DNA of 32,000 nucleotides from an uncultured Candidatus Nitrosotenuis sp. Lineage in GTDB: Archaea > Thermoproteota > Nitrososphaeria > Nitrososphaerales > Nitrosopumilaceae. Positions 17,101 through 23,663 of the stretch are shown here, one piece after another (the stretch's first letter is position 1; each line of letters opens with the position of its first letter). Where the stretch lies: assembly GCA_964449865.1 (NCBI GenBank), contig CAYVBR010000015.1:203341-235340 (forward strand). The letters are read 5' to 3'. The notes beneath the pieces were generated by a model. That model was not told the DNA's origin and searched no databases. It worked only from the letters and a program-made list of their open reading frames with translations. The position numbers and the translations under genes are program-made.

Positions 17101-17595
17101 ATGAAGCCAACAACAATCCGTAACCGAATGATTTACCAGGCGACTGCCGTTGTAAAAAGCAGACAGCTAAGCAGCCACCTCTCAAAAGAACTGCAAAAAA
17201 AATACAACAAGCGCAGCATCAGAATAATCGAAGGTGACACAATCCGCGTACTCCGAGGGGAATTCAGAGGAGTCACAGGCAAAATCACCAGCGTATCGAC
17301 TCCAAGAAACGGAGTCTCAATAGAAGGAGTAAAAAAGGAAAAACTCAAGGGCGGAAACCTTGACGTCTTTATTCACCCATCAAACCTCATAGTTACCGAA
17401 CTTAACACCGAAGACAAGTGGAGACAAAGCAAACTGGAAGGAAAGAAAACCAAGCCAGTCAAAGAAGCAAAACCAAAAGAAACCGCAAAACCTGCTCCAA
17501 AGAAAGAGGCAAAGGCACCTGCAAAGGAGTCAAAGCCAAAAGAAACCAAAGAATCAAAGCCAACCAAAACCGAAAAGAAAAAGGAGGAAAAATAA
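17101..17595 (+). CDS. rpl24: 50S ribosomal protein L24 with a ~54-aa Lys/Pro/Glu-rich C-terminal extension
   Basis: KOW motif IRIIEGDTIRVLRGEFRGVTGKI. ATG 17101 is chosen because the ORF's upstream extension overlaps L14. The tail is KPVKEAKPKETAKPAPKKEAKAPAKESKPKETKESKPTKTEKKKEEK. Confidence 0.9.
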   Translation: MKPTTIRNRMIYQATAVVKSRQLSSHLSKELQKKYNKRSIRIIEGDTIRVLRGEFRGVTGKITSVSTPRNGVSIEGVKKEKLKGGNLDVFIHPSNLIVTELNTEDKWRQSKLEGKKTKPVKEAKPKETAKPAPKKEAKAPAKESKPKETKESKPTKTEKKKEEK

Positions 17596-18312
17596 TTGCC
17601 ACGAATAGCAGGAAGTAAAAAACTAAAGCGTCAGATGTCTCCAATGTTTTGGGGAATCTCAAGAAAAGAACCACGATTCGTAGTTACAGTACGACCGGGT
17701 CCTCACTCTAAGCACATTTCAATTCCAACTGCAGTATTCCTGCGTGACACACTAAAGCTAGTGACCACTCTGCGAGAAGCAAAATATGCAATCTACGGGG
17801 GCAAGGTAAAAGTAGACGGCGTTGAGCGAAAATCACTGCACCACGGAATCGGACTCATGGACGTAGTAGAATTGGAGGGAATCCCTGATATCTATAGACT
17901 CGTACCGGGAAAGGGCCACATACTGACTCCTCTGAAAATCAAGAGCTCTGAAAAATCTGTCAAACTAGTCAAAGTTACAAGCAAACAAAATGTCCCGTCT
18001 GGAAAAACACAAATCGGATTCCACGATGGACGCTCGCTACTATCTGAAGAAAAAGTTTCAGTAGGAGATACATGCGTCATGCAAATCCCAGAACAAAAAA
18101 TCAAAGAAGTCTTGAAGCTAGAAAAAGGAGCCAAGGTAATTGTCACTAAAGGAATTAACACCGGTCAGATAGCAGATGTCAAGGACATCAAAGAAGGCAC
18201 TTTTGTTCTTCCAAAACGTGCACTGCTCTCATTTGGCCAAAGAGAAATCGAAATCCCTGCAGACCTAGTCATGGTTGTGGGCAAAAAGGAGCCAGTTGTT
18301 CAAGTAGCGTGA
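17596..18312 (+). CDS. rps4e: 30S ribosomal protein S4e
   Basis: GSKKLKRQMSPMFWGI N-terminus and an S4e body. The TTG start is supported by the AAGGAGG SD at 17581-17587. Confidence 0.93.
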   Translation: MPRIAGSKKLKRQMSPMFWGISRKEPRFVVTVRPGPHSKHISIPTAVFLRDTLKLVTTLREAKYAIYGGKVKVDGVERKSLHHGIGLMDVVELEGIPDIYRLVPGKGHILTPLKIKSSEKSVKLVKVTSKQNVPSGKTQIGFHDGRSLLSEEKVSVGDTCVMQIPEQKIKEVLKLEKGAKVIVTKGINTGQIADVKDIKEGTFVLPKRALLSFGQREIEIPADLVMVVGKKEPVVQVA

Positions 18313-18316
18313 TTAT

Positions 18317-18835
18317 ATGGCAAACAAAGATAGCATAATGAAAAAAATTAGACTAGAAAAAGTCGTCCTAAACATGGGCGTAGGTAAATCCGGCGACGCA
18401 ATCGAGACTGCAAAAAAGGCACTTGATTCAATCTCTGGCAAAAAATCCTGCGCAAGAGATGCAAAGGGAACACAAAGAGACTGGGGAGTAAGAAAAGGTG
18501 AACCAATCGGAGTGGCAGTAACAGTTAGAGGCGAGGATGCAGGAAAATTACTGCAAAGACTAGTTGATGCAAAAGGCAAGAAGCTAAACGGCAGATCATT
18601 TGACGATTTTGGCAACGTTTCATTTGGAATTAGAGAGCACATCGACATTCCTGGAATAAAATACGATCCTCAAATTGGAATCTTGGGCCTGGAGGCAGCA
18701 GTAACTCTTGTCAGACCTGGATTTGGAATCAGATTTAGAAGCAGACACAAGGCAAGCGTTGGAAAGCACCACCGCATCAGCAGTGACGAAGCGAAAGAAT
18801 TTTTATCACGTGAATTTGGAGTTGCGTTTGTATAA
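18317..18835 (+). CDS. rpl5: 50S ribosomal protein L5
   Basis: IRLEKVVLNMGVG, NVSFGIREHIDIPGIKYDP. Confidence 0.94.
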   Translation: MANKDSIMKKIRLEKVVLNMGVGKSGDAIETAKKALDSISGKKSCARDAKGTQRDWGVRKGEPIGVAVTVRGEDAGKLLQRLVDAKGKKLNGRSFDDFGNVSFGIREHIDIPGIKYDPQIGILGLEAAVTLVRPGFGIRFRSRHKASVGKHHRISSDEAKEFLSREFGVAFV

Positions 18836-19011
18836 TGAAAGATAGATCATACAAGTACACTGGCAGAAAAGAGCACAAGTTCGGCAAAGGCTCGCGCTGG
18901 TGCAAACGATGTGGCGATTACACAGCAGTAATTCAAAAATATGACTTGAACATCTGCAGACGATGCTTTAGGGAGGTTGCAAATTCTTTGGGATTTGCCA
19001 AATACCGGTGA
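18835..19011 (+). CDS. rps14: 30S ribosomal protein S14 (zinc-binding type), 58 aa
   Basis: My own translation; the ORF is below the track cutoff: MKDRSYKYTGRKEHKFGKGSRWCKRCGDYTAVIQKYDLNICRRCFREVANSLGFAKYR. It has CxxC...CxxC and the canonical position between L5 and S8. Its ATG overlaps the L5 TAA. Confidence 0.9.
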   Translation: MKDRSYKYTGRKEHKFGKGSRWCKRCGDYTAVIQKYDLNICRRCFREVANSLGFAKYR

Positions 19012-19016
19012 GATAA

Positions 19017-19409
19017 ATGCCAGCAACCAACATCGTAGCAAATTTGTTTAACACTCTGTATAACAACGAGGCAAGAAGAAAGAGCGAATGCATAATCCTG
19101 CCAACGTCAAAACTCGGAATTGAGGTGCTAAAGACGCTGCAAAAGCACAACTACATTGGCGAATTTGAGCACATCGATGACAAAAGAGGCGGAAAATTCA
19201 AGATTCAGCTACTTGCTCACATCACAAAATGCGGTGCAATCACACCAAGATTCAAGGTAAAAAAAGGCGAATTTGTTGACTGGGAACAGCAATATCTTCC
19301 GTCATACAACAAAGGAATGATGCTTGTAACTACAAACCAAGGCGTAATGTCGCACCACGAGGCTGCAAACAAAGGAATTGGAGGATTCTTAATCGGATAT
19401 GTCTACTAA
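19017..19409 (+). CDS. rps8: 30S ribosomal protein S8
   Basis: IVANLFNTLYNNEARRKSECIILP and GGFLIGYVY C-terminus. Confidence 0.94.
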   Translation: MPATNIVANLFNTLYNNEARRKSECIILPTSKLGIEVLKTLQKHNYIGEFEHIDDKRGGKFKIQLLAHITKCGAITPRFKVKKGEFVDWEQQYLPSYNKGMMLVTTNQGVMSHHEAANKGIGGFLIGYVY

Positions 19410-19956
19410 ACAAGAAGAATTATTCCAAGCCACATTTGATGTTCCAGCTAAAGTAAAACTCACACTCAAAAAACACATGCTGCACGTAGAGGGCCCACTA
19501 GGCAAGACATACAAGAATTTCAAGAAAATCCCAGTCGGACTCGAAGTTAAGGATAACAAGGTAACAGTCACGGCAGTAAACTCGAGGAAAAAGTATCATG
19601 CAATTGCAAACACTGCACTTTCAATAATTCGAACCCTGTGCGAGGGAGTAGTAACTGGCTATACAATAAAGATGAAAATAGTCTATGCGCACTTTCCAAT
19701 CACTGTCAAAACTAAAGACAAGCTTGTCCTAGTTGAGAACTTCCAAGGAGAACGTGCACCAAGAACTGCAAAAATCCACGGAACAACCAAAGTCACCTCA
19801 AAAGGAGACGAGGTGGTCGTATCAGGACCAGTGCTGCAACACGTAACACAAACTGCAGCAGAAATCCAATCAAATACCAAAGTCAAAAACAAAGATCACC
19901 GAGTCTTTCTTGATGGAATCTACCAATTCTACAAGGAAAAAGGCATCGAAAAATAA
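19399..19956 (+). CDS. rpl6: 50S ribosomal protein L6
   Basis: Two-domain L6 pattern (GPLGKTYKNF, MKIVYAHFPITV). Overlaps S8 by 11 nt. Confidence 0.93.
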   Translation: MSTKQEELFQATFDVPAKVKLTLKKHMLHVEGPLGKTYKNFKKIPVGLEVKDNKVTVTAVNSRKKYHAIANTALSIIRTLCEGVVTGYTIKMKIVYAHFPITVKTKDKLVLVENFQGERAPRTAKIHGTTKVTSKGDEVVVSGPVLQHVTQTAAEIQSNTKVKNKDHRVFLDGIYQFYKEKGIEK

Positions 19957-19970
19957 TTTTTCAAATTTTC
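19957..19970 (+). terminator. candidate oligo-T terminator of the r-protein operon (TTTTTCAAATTTT)
   Basis: T5 and T4 runs directly after the L6 stop. Archaeal termination typically uses oligo-T tracts. Confidence 0.4.
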
Positions 19971-20016
19971 AGACTTAGTAAGGATTAAATCGCATACGCC
20001 TAAGACAAAACCTGTT

Positions 20017-20090
20017 GCCGCCCTAGCTCAGCGTGGTAGAGCGCCTGACTGTTAATCAGGGGGTCGTCAGTTCAAGTCTGACGGGCGGCG
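20017..20090 (+). tRNA. tRNA-Asn (anticodon GTT), no encoded CCA, no intron
   Basis: Hand-folded cloverleaf. Acceptor GCCGCCC/GGGCGGC, D arm GCTC..GAGC, anticodon stem CCTGA/TCAGG with loop CTGTTAA, T arm GTCAG TTCAAGT CTGAC, discriminator G. TATA-like GATTAAAT lies at 19983-19990. Confidence 0.92.
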
Positions 20091-20097
20091 CATAATC

Positions 20098-20119
20098 TTT
20101 CTAAACTCGAGTTTTGAAA
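20098..20119. repeat. variant copy of the 22-bp palindrome (TTTCTAAACTCGAGTTTTGAAA), followed by a T-rich tract; possible tRNA terminator hairpin
   Basis: 19/22 identical to the consensus. The two centre changes (T9>C, A14>G) are complementary and preserve the dyad. TTTGTTTTT follows at 20122-20130. Confidence 0.6.
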
Positions 20120-20178
20120 CATTTGTTTTTGCATCTTGTAATTTATGATGTGCTGATCTGAGAGTTTAATTTTCAATC

Positions 20179-20200
20179 TTTCTAAATTCGAATTTAGAAA
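20179..20200. repeat. 22-bp perfect palindrome TTTCTAAATTCGAATTTAGAAA (copy 1)
   Basis: The sequence is its own reverse complement and is identical to the copy at 22074-22095. Confidence 0.9.
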
Positions 20201-20290
20201 TATAGATCGATGCAACCATTTGGTTTACTCTATTAGACCGTCTGGATCTAATATCTGATCGCACATTATGAATAATGCAGGAGGTTTACG

Positions 20291-20545
20291 ATGGCCAGAA
20301 TTAAAAGGGCCAACAGATATTGTGTTGACTGTGGGGCAAGACTGGTGTACTACCCACGCCTTTCAAACCCAAAAGCCCCAAACGAGCACCGAGTTTTGGT
20401 GTATGGGTGCCCTGACTGTACAGTTGACTTTGAAAAACCAAAGCTTTTCTCAATTCGACGAAACCAGGTTGACGATCCGCTGGAAACAGTAGAGATTGAG
20501 ATAGTCGAAGCTAGGAAACTCCTGGAAAAAACACCCGTGGCATAG
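20291..20545 (+). CDS. small zinc-ribbon protein (84 aa), function unknown
   Basis: CVDC...CPDC pairs. A strong SD AGGAGGT sits 8 nt upstream of the ATG. Preferred over the overlapping alternative-frame ORF 20268-20492. Confidence 0.65.
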   Translation: MARIKRANRYCVDCGARLVYYPRLSNPKAPNEHRVLVYGCPDCTVDFEKPKLFSIRRNQVDDPLETVEIEIVEARKLLEKTPVA

Positions 20546-20607
20546 ATCAAGCCTTGCATTATCTGGCCCGATAGAACTTTTTATCCAACCGTACCAAGAA
20601 TTCTTCC

Positions 20608-21147
20608 GTGGAAGACGTAAAAAGTACTTGGGGCAATCGGTTCATAATTGCCGCAATACTTCAGGGCGGAATAGTAACAATGATGGCGCTAAGCATGGTT
20701 GGTGCCCAGGCTGTTTTTACCAAAGTTAACATGATTCAATTTTTGTCTCTGTCTTTTGAAGGACCTGCAAAATGGGTATTTCTTGGACTGATGTTTTATC
20801 TGATACTTATTGTTGCAATTGCAGTAACTGCCGTATTTTACAGCCATTTGGAAATTAACCTAAAGCGTAGCTTTTCCGGCAAATCAAAATTCTTAGCCTG
20901 GATTCACCTGATTGGAATGAATGTGGGCGGAACTGGCACAACACTGCTTATGGTATTTGCAGGACTTAGCGGCTCTGGAGTGATGGACATATTCACGACA
21001 GGGGAGATTGGCAAACCAAACCTTGCAGTAATGGACTCGTTTATTCCGCCAATCGGACTGTTCATTGGATTTCTTGCAATTGGGGTAATGTGCGGAGGCC
21101 TGGCGTACACGATGGCGTATCTGAGAAAGCCGTCCTCAATCCAATAA
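20608..21147 (+). CDS. integral membrane protein, about 4 TM helices, unknown function
   Basis: Four long hydrophobic segments. GTG start lies 27 nt downstream of the TATA-like ACTTTTTATCC (20575-20585). Confidence 0.65.
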   Translation: MEDVKSTWGNRFIIAAILQGGIVTMMALSMVGAQAVFTKVNMIQFLSLSFEGPAKWVFLGLMFYLILIVAIAVTAVFYSHLEINLKRSFSGKSKFLAWIHLIGMNVGGTGTTLLMVFAGLSGSGVMDIFTTGEIGKPNLAVMDSFIPPIGLFIGFLAIGVMCGGLAYTMAYLRKPSSIQ

Positions 21148-21594
21148 TCTGGCCATTTTCTTCACATTGCAAAAAGTTTGGCGTGGTTTTATGGAAAAAA
21201 ACCCTACCCTTTTGCCGCAAACTAGGGCAAAAGAATTGAGAATTTGCGCATAATCTCAGAATCCCTGATTATCCGATTTGTGTCAAGAACTGTAAAAATC
21301 TTGGATTTTTCTGATGATTTTTCACCCTAAATTCGGTTTTTGCTGGGGTTTAGCTTTTGTTCGGGGGACAAATAGTTTTGGCACCTTTACCTGGGTAATG
21401 GGGATGTTTTGGCACTTGCCTGCATTAGTTACGAACAAGTGTTAAACCCCCCTGAAAAACGGCTGATCCTGAAAAAATCATCGTTCTCACAATTGGGGGT
21501 TGACTATACGGGGGTTTAGCTTTTACGAACAAATTGCAATATTTGGCAAAAACTCAAAATAATTCAAATTAAAGAAGGTCTTGATTCGTAACAC

Positions 21595-22062
21595 ATGAAA
21601 AAGCAGCCAAAAAATCAGAAAATCAGAATAGCCCCAAAAAAGGAATATGATAATTTTAGAAAATACTTTGCTTTTTCCTGCGTTGACTTGGTGATATTTG
21701 ATGGAAAGTCCGTCCTGCTGACAAAACGAACTAGGGACCCATACAAGGGATACTGGCACTTGCCTGGCAGCATGATACACAAAACTGAGAAAATGACTGA
21801 CACGGTAAAGCGCTCTGCAAAAGAAGAGCTCGGCCTTGATGTAAAAATTGAAAAGTTTATCGGCGTCTACGAAAGCCTGGACAGGTTTCGCCACGATGTC
21901 TCAAATGGATTTGTCGTTTCAATAAAGGGCGGTCAACTAAAGACCGACCACCAAAGTAGCGATATTGGATTTTTTGCAAGACTGCCGAGCAGGATCATTC
22001 CGCATCATCGTATGCTGATAAAAGACGCCATGCGGATTGTCCGTGCCGACTCTTATGCCTGA
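21595..22062 (+). CDS. NUDIX hydrolase family protein (155 aa) with a deviant Nudix box
   Basis: The segment LPGSMIHKTEKMTDTVKRSAKEELGL aligns to GX5EX7REUXEEXGU, with G>S and RE>RS substitutions. Confidence 0.75.
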   Translation: MKKQPKNQKIRIAPKKEYDNFRKYFAFSCVDLVIFDGKSVLLTKRTRDPYKGYWHLPGSMIHKTEKMTDTVKRSAKEELGLDVKIEKFIGVYESLDRFRHDVSNGFVVSIKGGQLKTDHQSSDIGFFARLPSRIIPHHRMLIKDAMRIVRADSYA

Positions 22063-22073
22063 AAAACCATATG

Positions 22074-22095
22074 TTTCTAAATTCGAATTTAGAAA
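22074..22095. repeat. 22-bp perfect palindrome TTTCTAAATTCGAATTTAGAAA (copy 2)
   Basis: Perfect dyad, 11 nt after the Nudix stop and 17 nt upstream of TTAATTAA at 22113. Confidence 0.9.
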
Positions 22096-22112
22096 TATTC
22101 TGAAAAGATCAG

Positions 22113-22120
22113 TTAATTAA
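22113..22120 (+). promoter_or_regulatory. candidate TATA box TTAATTAA of small secreted peptide gene A
   Basis: Exactly 29 nt upstream of ATG 22142, the same geometry as paralogue B. Confidence 0.55.
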
Positions 22121-22141
22121 CTGGGAATTAAAAAATTGAGC

Positions 22142-22369
22142 ATGGCTGGTAAACTACTCGGACTAGTTGCAATAACTGTCCTCTTGTCTACAATATTGGT
22201 CATGGCACTATCATCTGAACAATATGCTGAAGCAAAGACTTCAAAAATGTCTCCAAAACACAAGTTCAGCAAATGGGCTCATAACAAAGTATGTGGCGAC
22301 CAACTCTGTGAAGGAGACTCCTACTACAAAACACCACTTAAGATAGGAAAGAGCACACCGCACCGATAA
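22142..22369 (+). CDS. small secreted Cys-containing peptide, paralogue A (75 aa precursor, about 44-aa basic mature part)
   Basis: Signal peptide MAGKLLGLVAITVLLSTILVMALSSEQYAEA with an AxA site. The mature region shares TSKM..HK[FY]S.W..N.VCGD.LC.G..Y.K with the next gene. The ORF opens at TTG 22136. Confidence 0.7.
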   Translation: MAGKLLGLVAITVLLSTILVMALSSEQYAEAKTSKMSPKHKFSKWAHNKVCGDQLCEGDSYYKTPLKIGKSTPHR

Positions 22370-22431
22370 GAAACAACAATTTTTTCATTTTTTGCACTTC
22401 TTTTCATGCTCTAGTGCAGCAAAATCTAATA

Positions 22432-22453
22432 TTTCAAAATTCGAATTTAGAAA
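22432..22453. repeat. 22-bp palindrome, copy 3 (TTTCAAAATTCGAATTTAGAAA, 21/22)
   Basis: One mismatch (T5>A). Lies 18 nt upstream of TTAATTAA at 22472. Confidence 0.85.
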
Positions 22454-22471
22454 TAGCAAAAAATGGTTACT

Positions 22472-22479
22472 TTAATTAA
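22472..22479 (+). promoter_or_regulatory. candidate TATA box TTAATTAA of small secreted peptide gene B
   Basis: Exactly 29 nt upstream of ATG 22501. Confidence 0.55.
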
Positions 22480-22500
22480 TCCAACGGGCGTATGCATAGC

Positions 22501-22776
22501 ATGTTGAGACTAGTTGCACTTGTAATGATAAGCGTACTGCTGTCGACTGCTATACTTGGAGCAGTAAGTTCAGGTCAGTTTGCAGACGCAGCAAAGGCAT
22601 CTAACACGTCAAAAATGCTCAGGCACAAGTACTCACACTGGGTCGGAAACCAGGTATGTGGCGATGAACTGTGTCCTGGTAATCCCTACTTCAAATGGAA
22701 CATGAAATACAGAACTCATGTATCCCCATACGACAGTTATGAGCATCAAGACTTGCTCAAAGTAAAGCACCAGTAA
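22501..22776 (+). CDS. small secreted Cys-containing peptide, paralogue B (91 aa precursor)
   Basis: Signal peptide MLRLVALVMISVLLSTAILGAVSSGQFADA and a shared VCGDELC core with paralogue A. The ORF opens at ATG 22492; ATG 22501 fits the promoter geometry. Confidence 0.7.
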   Translation: MLRLVALVMISVLLSTAILGAVSSGQFADAAKASNTSKMLRHKYSHWVGNQVCGDELCPGNPYFKWNMKYRTHVSPYDSYEHQDLLKVKHQ

Positions 22777-23113
22777 TTCTGACAAAATACGCTAAAACAC
22801 ACCTGTTTCATGAGATGACATCTTACACAATAATTTAGAAACTAGTGCGAACTGCCTAAAATTTTAAAGATTTGCTTTTTCTCAAATATCGCGATACCGC
22901 ATAATATGAGCAGCCTAAAATCAGGCTTATTTGTTCTGAAAATAGTTTTTCGGAAATTTGTCAGATTCCGCGCCAAAGTAAAATCATACCGACGCCTGTT
23001 AGTAGGAGAATCCCTGTACGGCCGATGTAATTTGCAGATTCGCTCAAATCACTAGGGTGCCGACTGGTGATTATTTATTAATTTTCTAACTGCTCAAACT
23101 CTGAGGTGGAAAT

Positions 23114-23659
23114 TTATTTTGCCGCCATTATGGAATCTAGTGCTTTTGTTAGTTTATCAAAACCGTACTTGTTAATCATTGCAGATAGCTCTCTAGTTAT
23201 CATTGCTGCCTCGACGTCGTTGACCGCTTCATTCTTTCTTGCTTCAAATTCTCTTTGCTCAACAACAGATGTGTCTGTTCTAAACATGTTCATTTCTTCT
23301 TCGTATTTTCTCTGTGCTTCCTTGATTTTCTCGATCTGGGACACTTTTTTCTGTAGTTGGGCGTTGACCAGTTTTACGAATTGATTTGCGTTTCGCGTGT
23401 CTTGTCCTGCCTCGATGAACTGATCCTTGACCCTCTCGGAACGATCCCTTTTGTCTAACTCCTCTTTAAAGAACAGTTTTCTTGTTCCTCCGCTTTCTAT
23501 AACGTCCTCTAAATCGTCATTTGTAATATTCTTCTCAGTCACATCTCTTTTCGCTATGTGCTTTTCAACCATTAGATTCTCTAAAAATCGTGTGAGTAAT
23601 ATCATGTATTTTGTATTAATTGAACAAACGCCTCTGTAAATCCATGTTCCTAAATTCAA
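23114..23659 (-). CDS. hypothetical coiled-coil protein (181 aa)
   Basis: Long charged heptad-like region (QFVKLVNAQLQKKVSQIEKIKEAQRKYEEEMNMFR...). No family recognised and the start is uncertain. Confidence 0.55.
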   Translation of the reverse strand: MNLGTWIYRGVCSINTKYMILLTRFLENLMVEKHIAKRDVTEKNITNDDLEDVIESGGTRKLFFKEELDKRDRSERVKDQFIEAGQDTRNANQFVKLVNAQLQKKVSQIEKIKEAQRKYEEEMNMFRTDTSVVEQREFEARKNEAVNDVEAAMITRELSAMINKYGFDKLTKALDSIMAAK

Positions 23660-23663
23660 TATT

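Noticed and set aside
17373-17674. Short ORFs on both strands within the Lys-rich tail region of rpl24 (17373-17567, 17418-17618, 17459-17674)
   Set aside because: They are artefacts of the repetitive AAAGAAxCxAAA coding repeat of the L24 tail, and they overlap rpl24 and the rps4e start.
20139-20162. C/D-box sRNA-like strings (ATGATGT followed by CTGA, CTGA), and TGATGA at 21312
   Set aside because: The box-like motifs are adjacent, with no 10-12 nt guide spacers and no matching C'/D' or terminal stem. At 21312 there is no CTGA within 70 nt downstream.
20268-20492. 74-aa ORF overlapping the Zn-ribbon gene in another frame
   Set aside because: It has no SD or promoter support. The competing frame has a strong AGGAGGT SD and CxxC pairs.
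21314-21445. 43-aa aromatic-rich ORF (MIFHPKFGFCWGLAFVRGTNSFGTFTWVMGMFWHLPALVTNKC) inside the 447-bp gap
   Set aside because: It has no properly spaced TATA or SD. It includes one copy of the 14-nt repeat, but the second copy is not in an open frame. It cannot be distinguished from chance, so it is kept only as a note under the gap finding.
21523-21894. 123-aa minus-strand ORF overlapping the Nudix gene and its promoter
   Set aside because: It is antisense to a gene with a recognisable Nudix box, and its product is Phe/Leu-rich with no features.
20098-22453. Palindromic repeats as a CRISPR array
   Set aside because: There are only four copies at irregular spacings (81 bp, about 1.9 kb, 358 bp) with genes in between. 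The repeats are AT-rich perfect palindromes, and no cas genes are nearby.
22906-23055. 49-aa very basic ORF (MSSLKSGLFVLKIVFRKFVRFRAKVKSYRR...) in the convergent gap
   Set aside because: It has only a weak TATA-like CTTTTTCT upstream, no recognisable fold or homology, and composition typical of translated AT-rich spacer.
20091-23113. Possible integrated mobile element or genomic island at tRNA-Asn
   Set aside because: No integrase, transposase or other mobility gene is present. I found no direct repeat of the tRNA 3' half (for example TTCAAGTCTGAC) downstream that could serve as attR, and there is no obvious composition shift.
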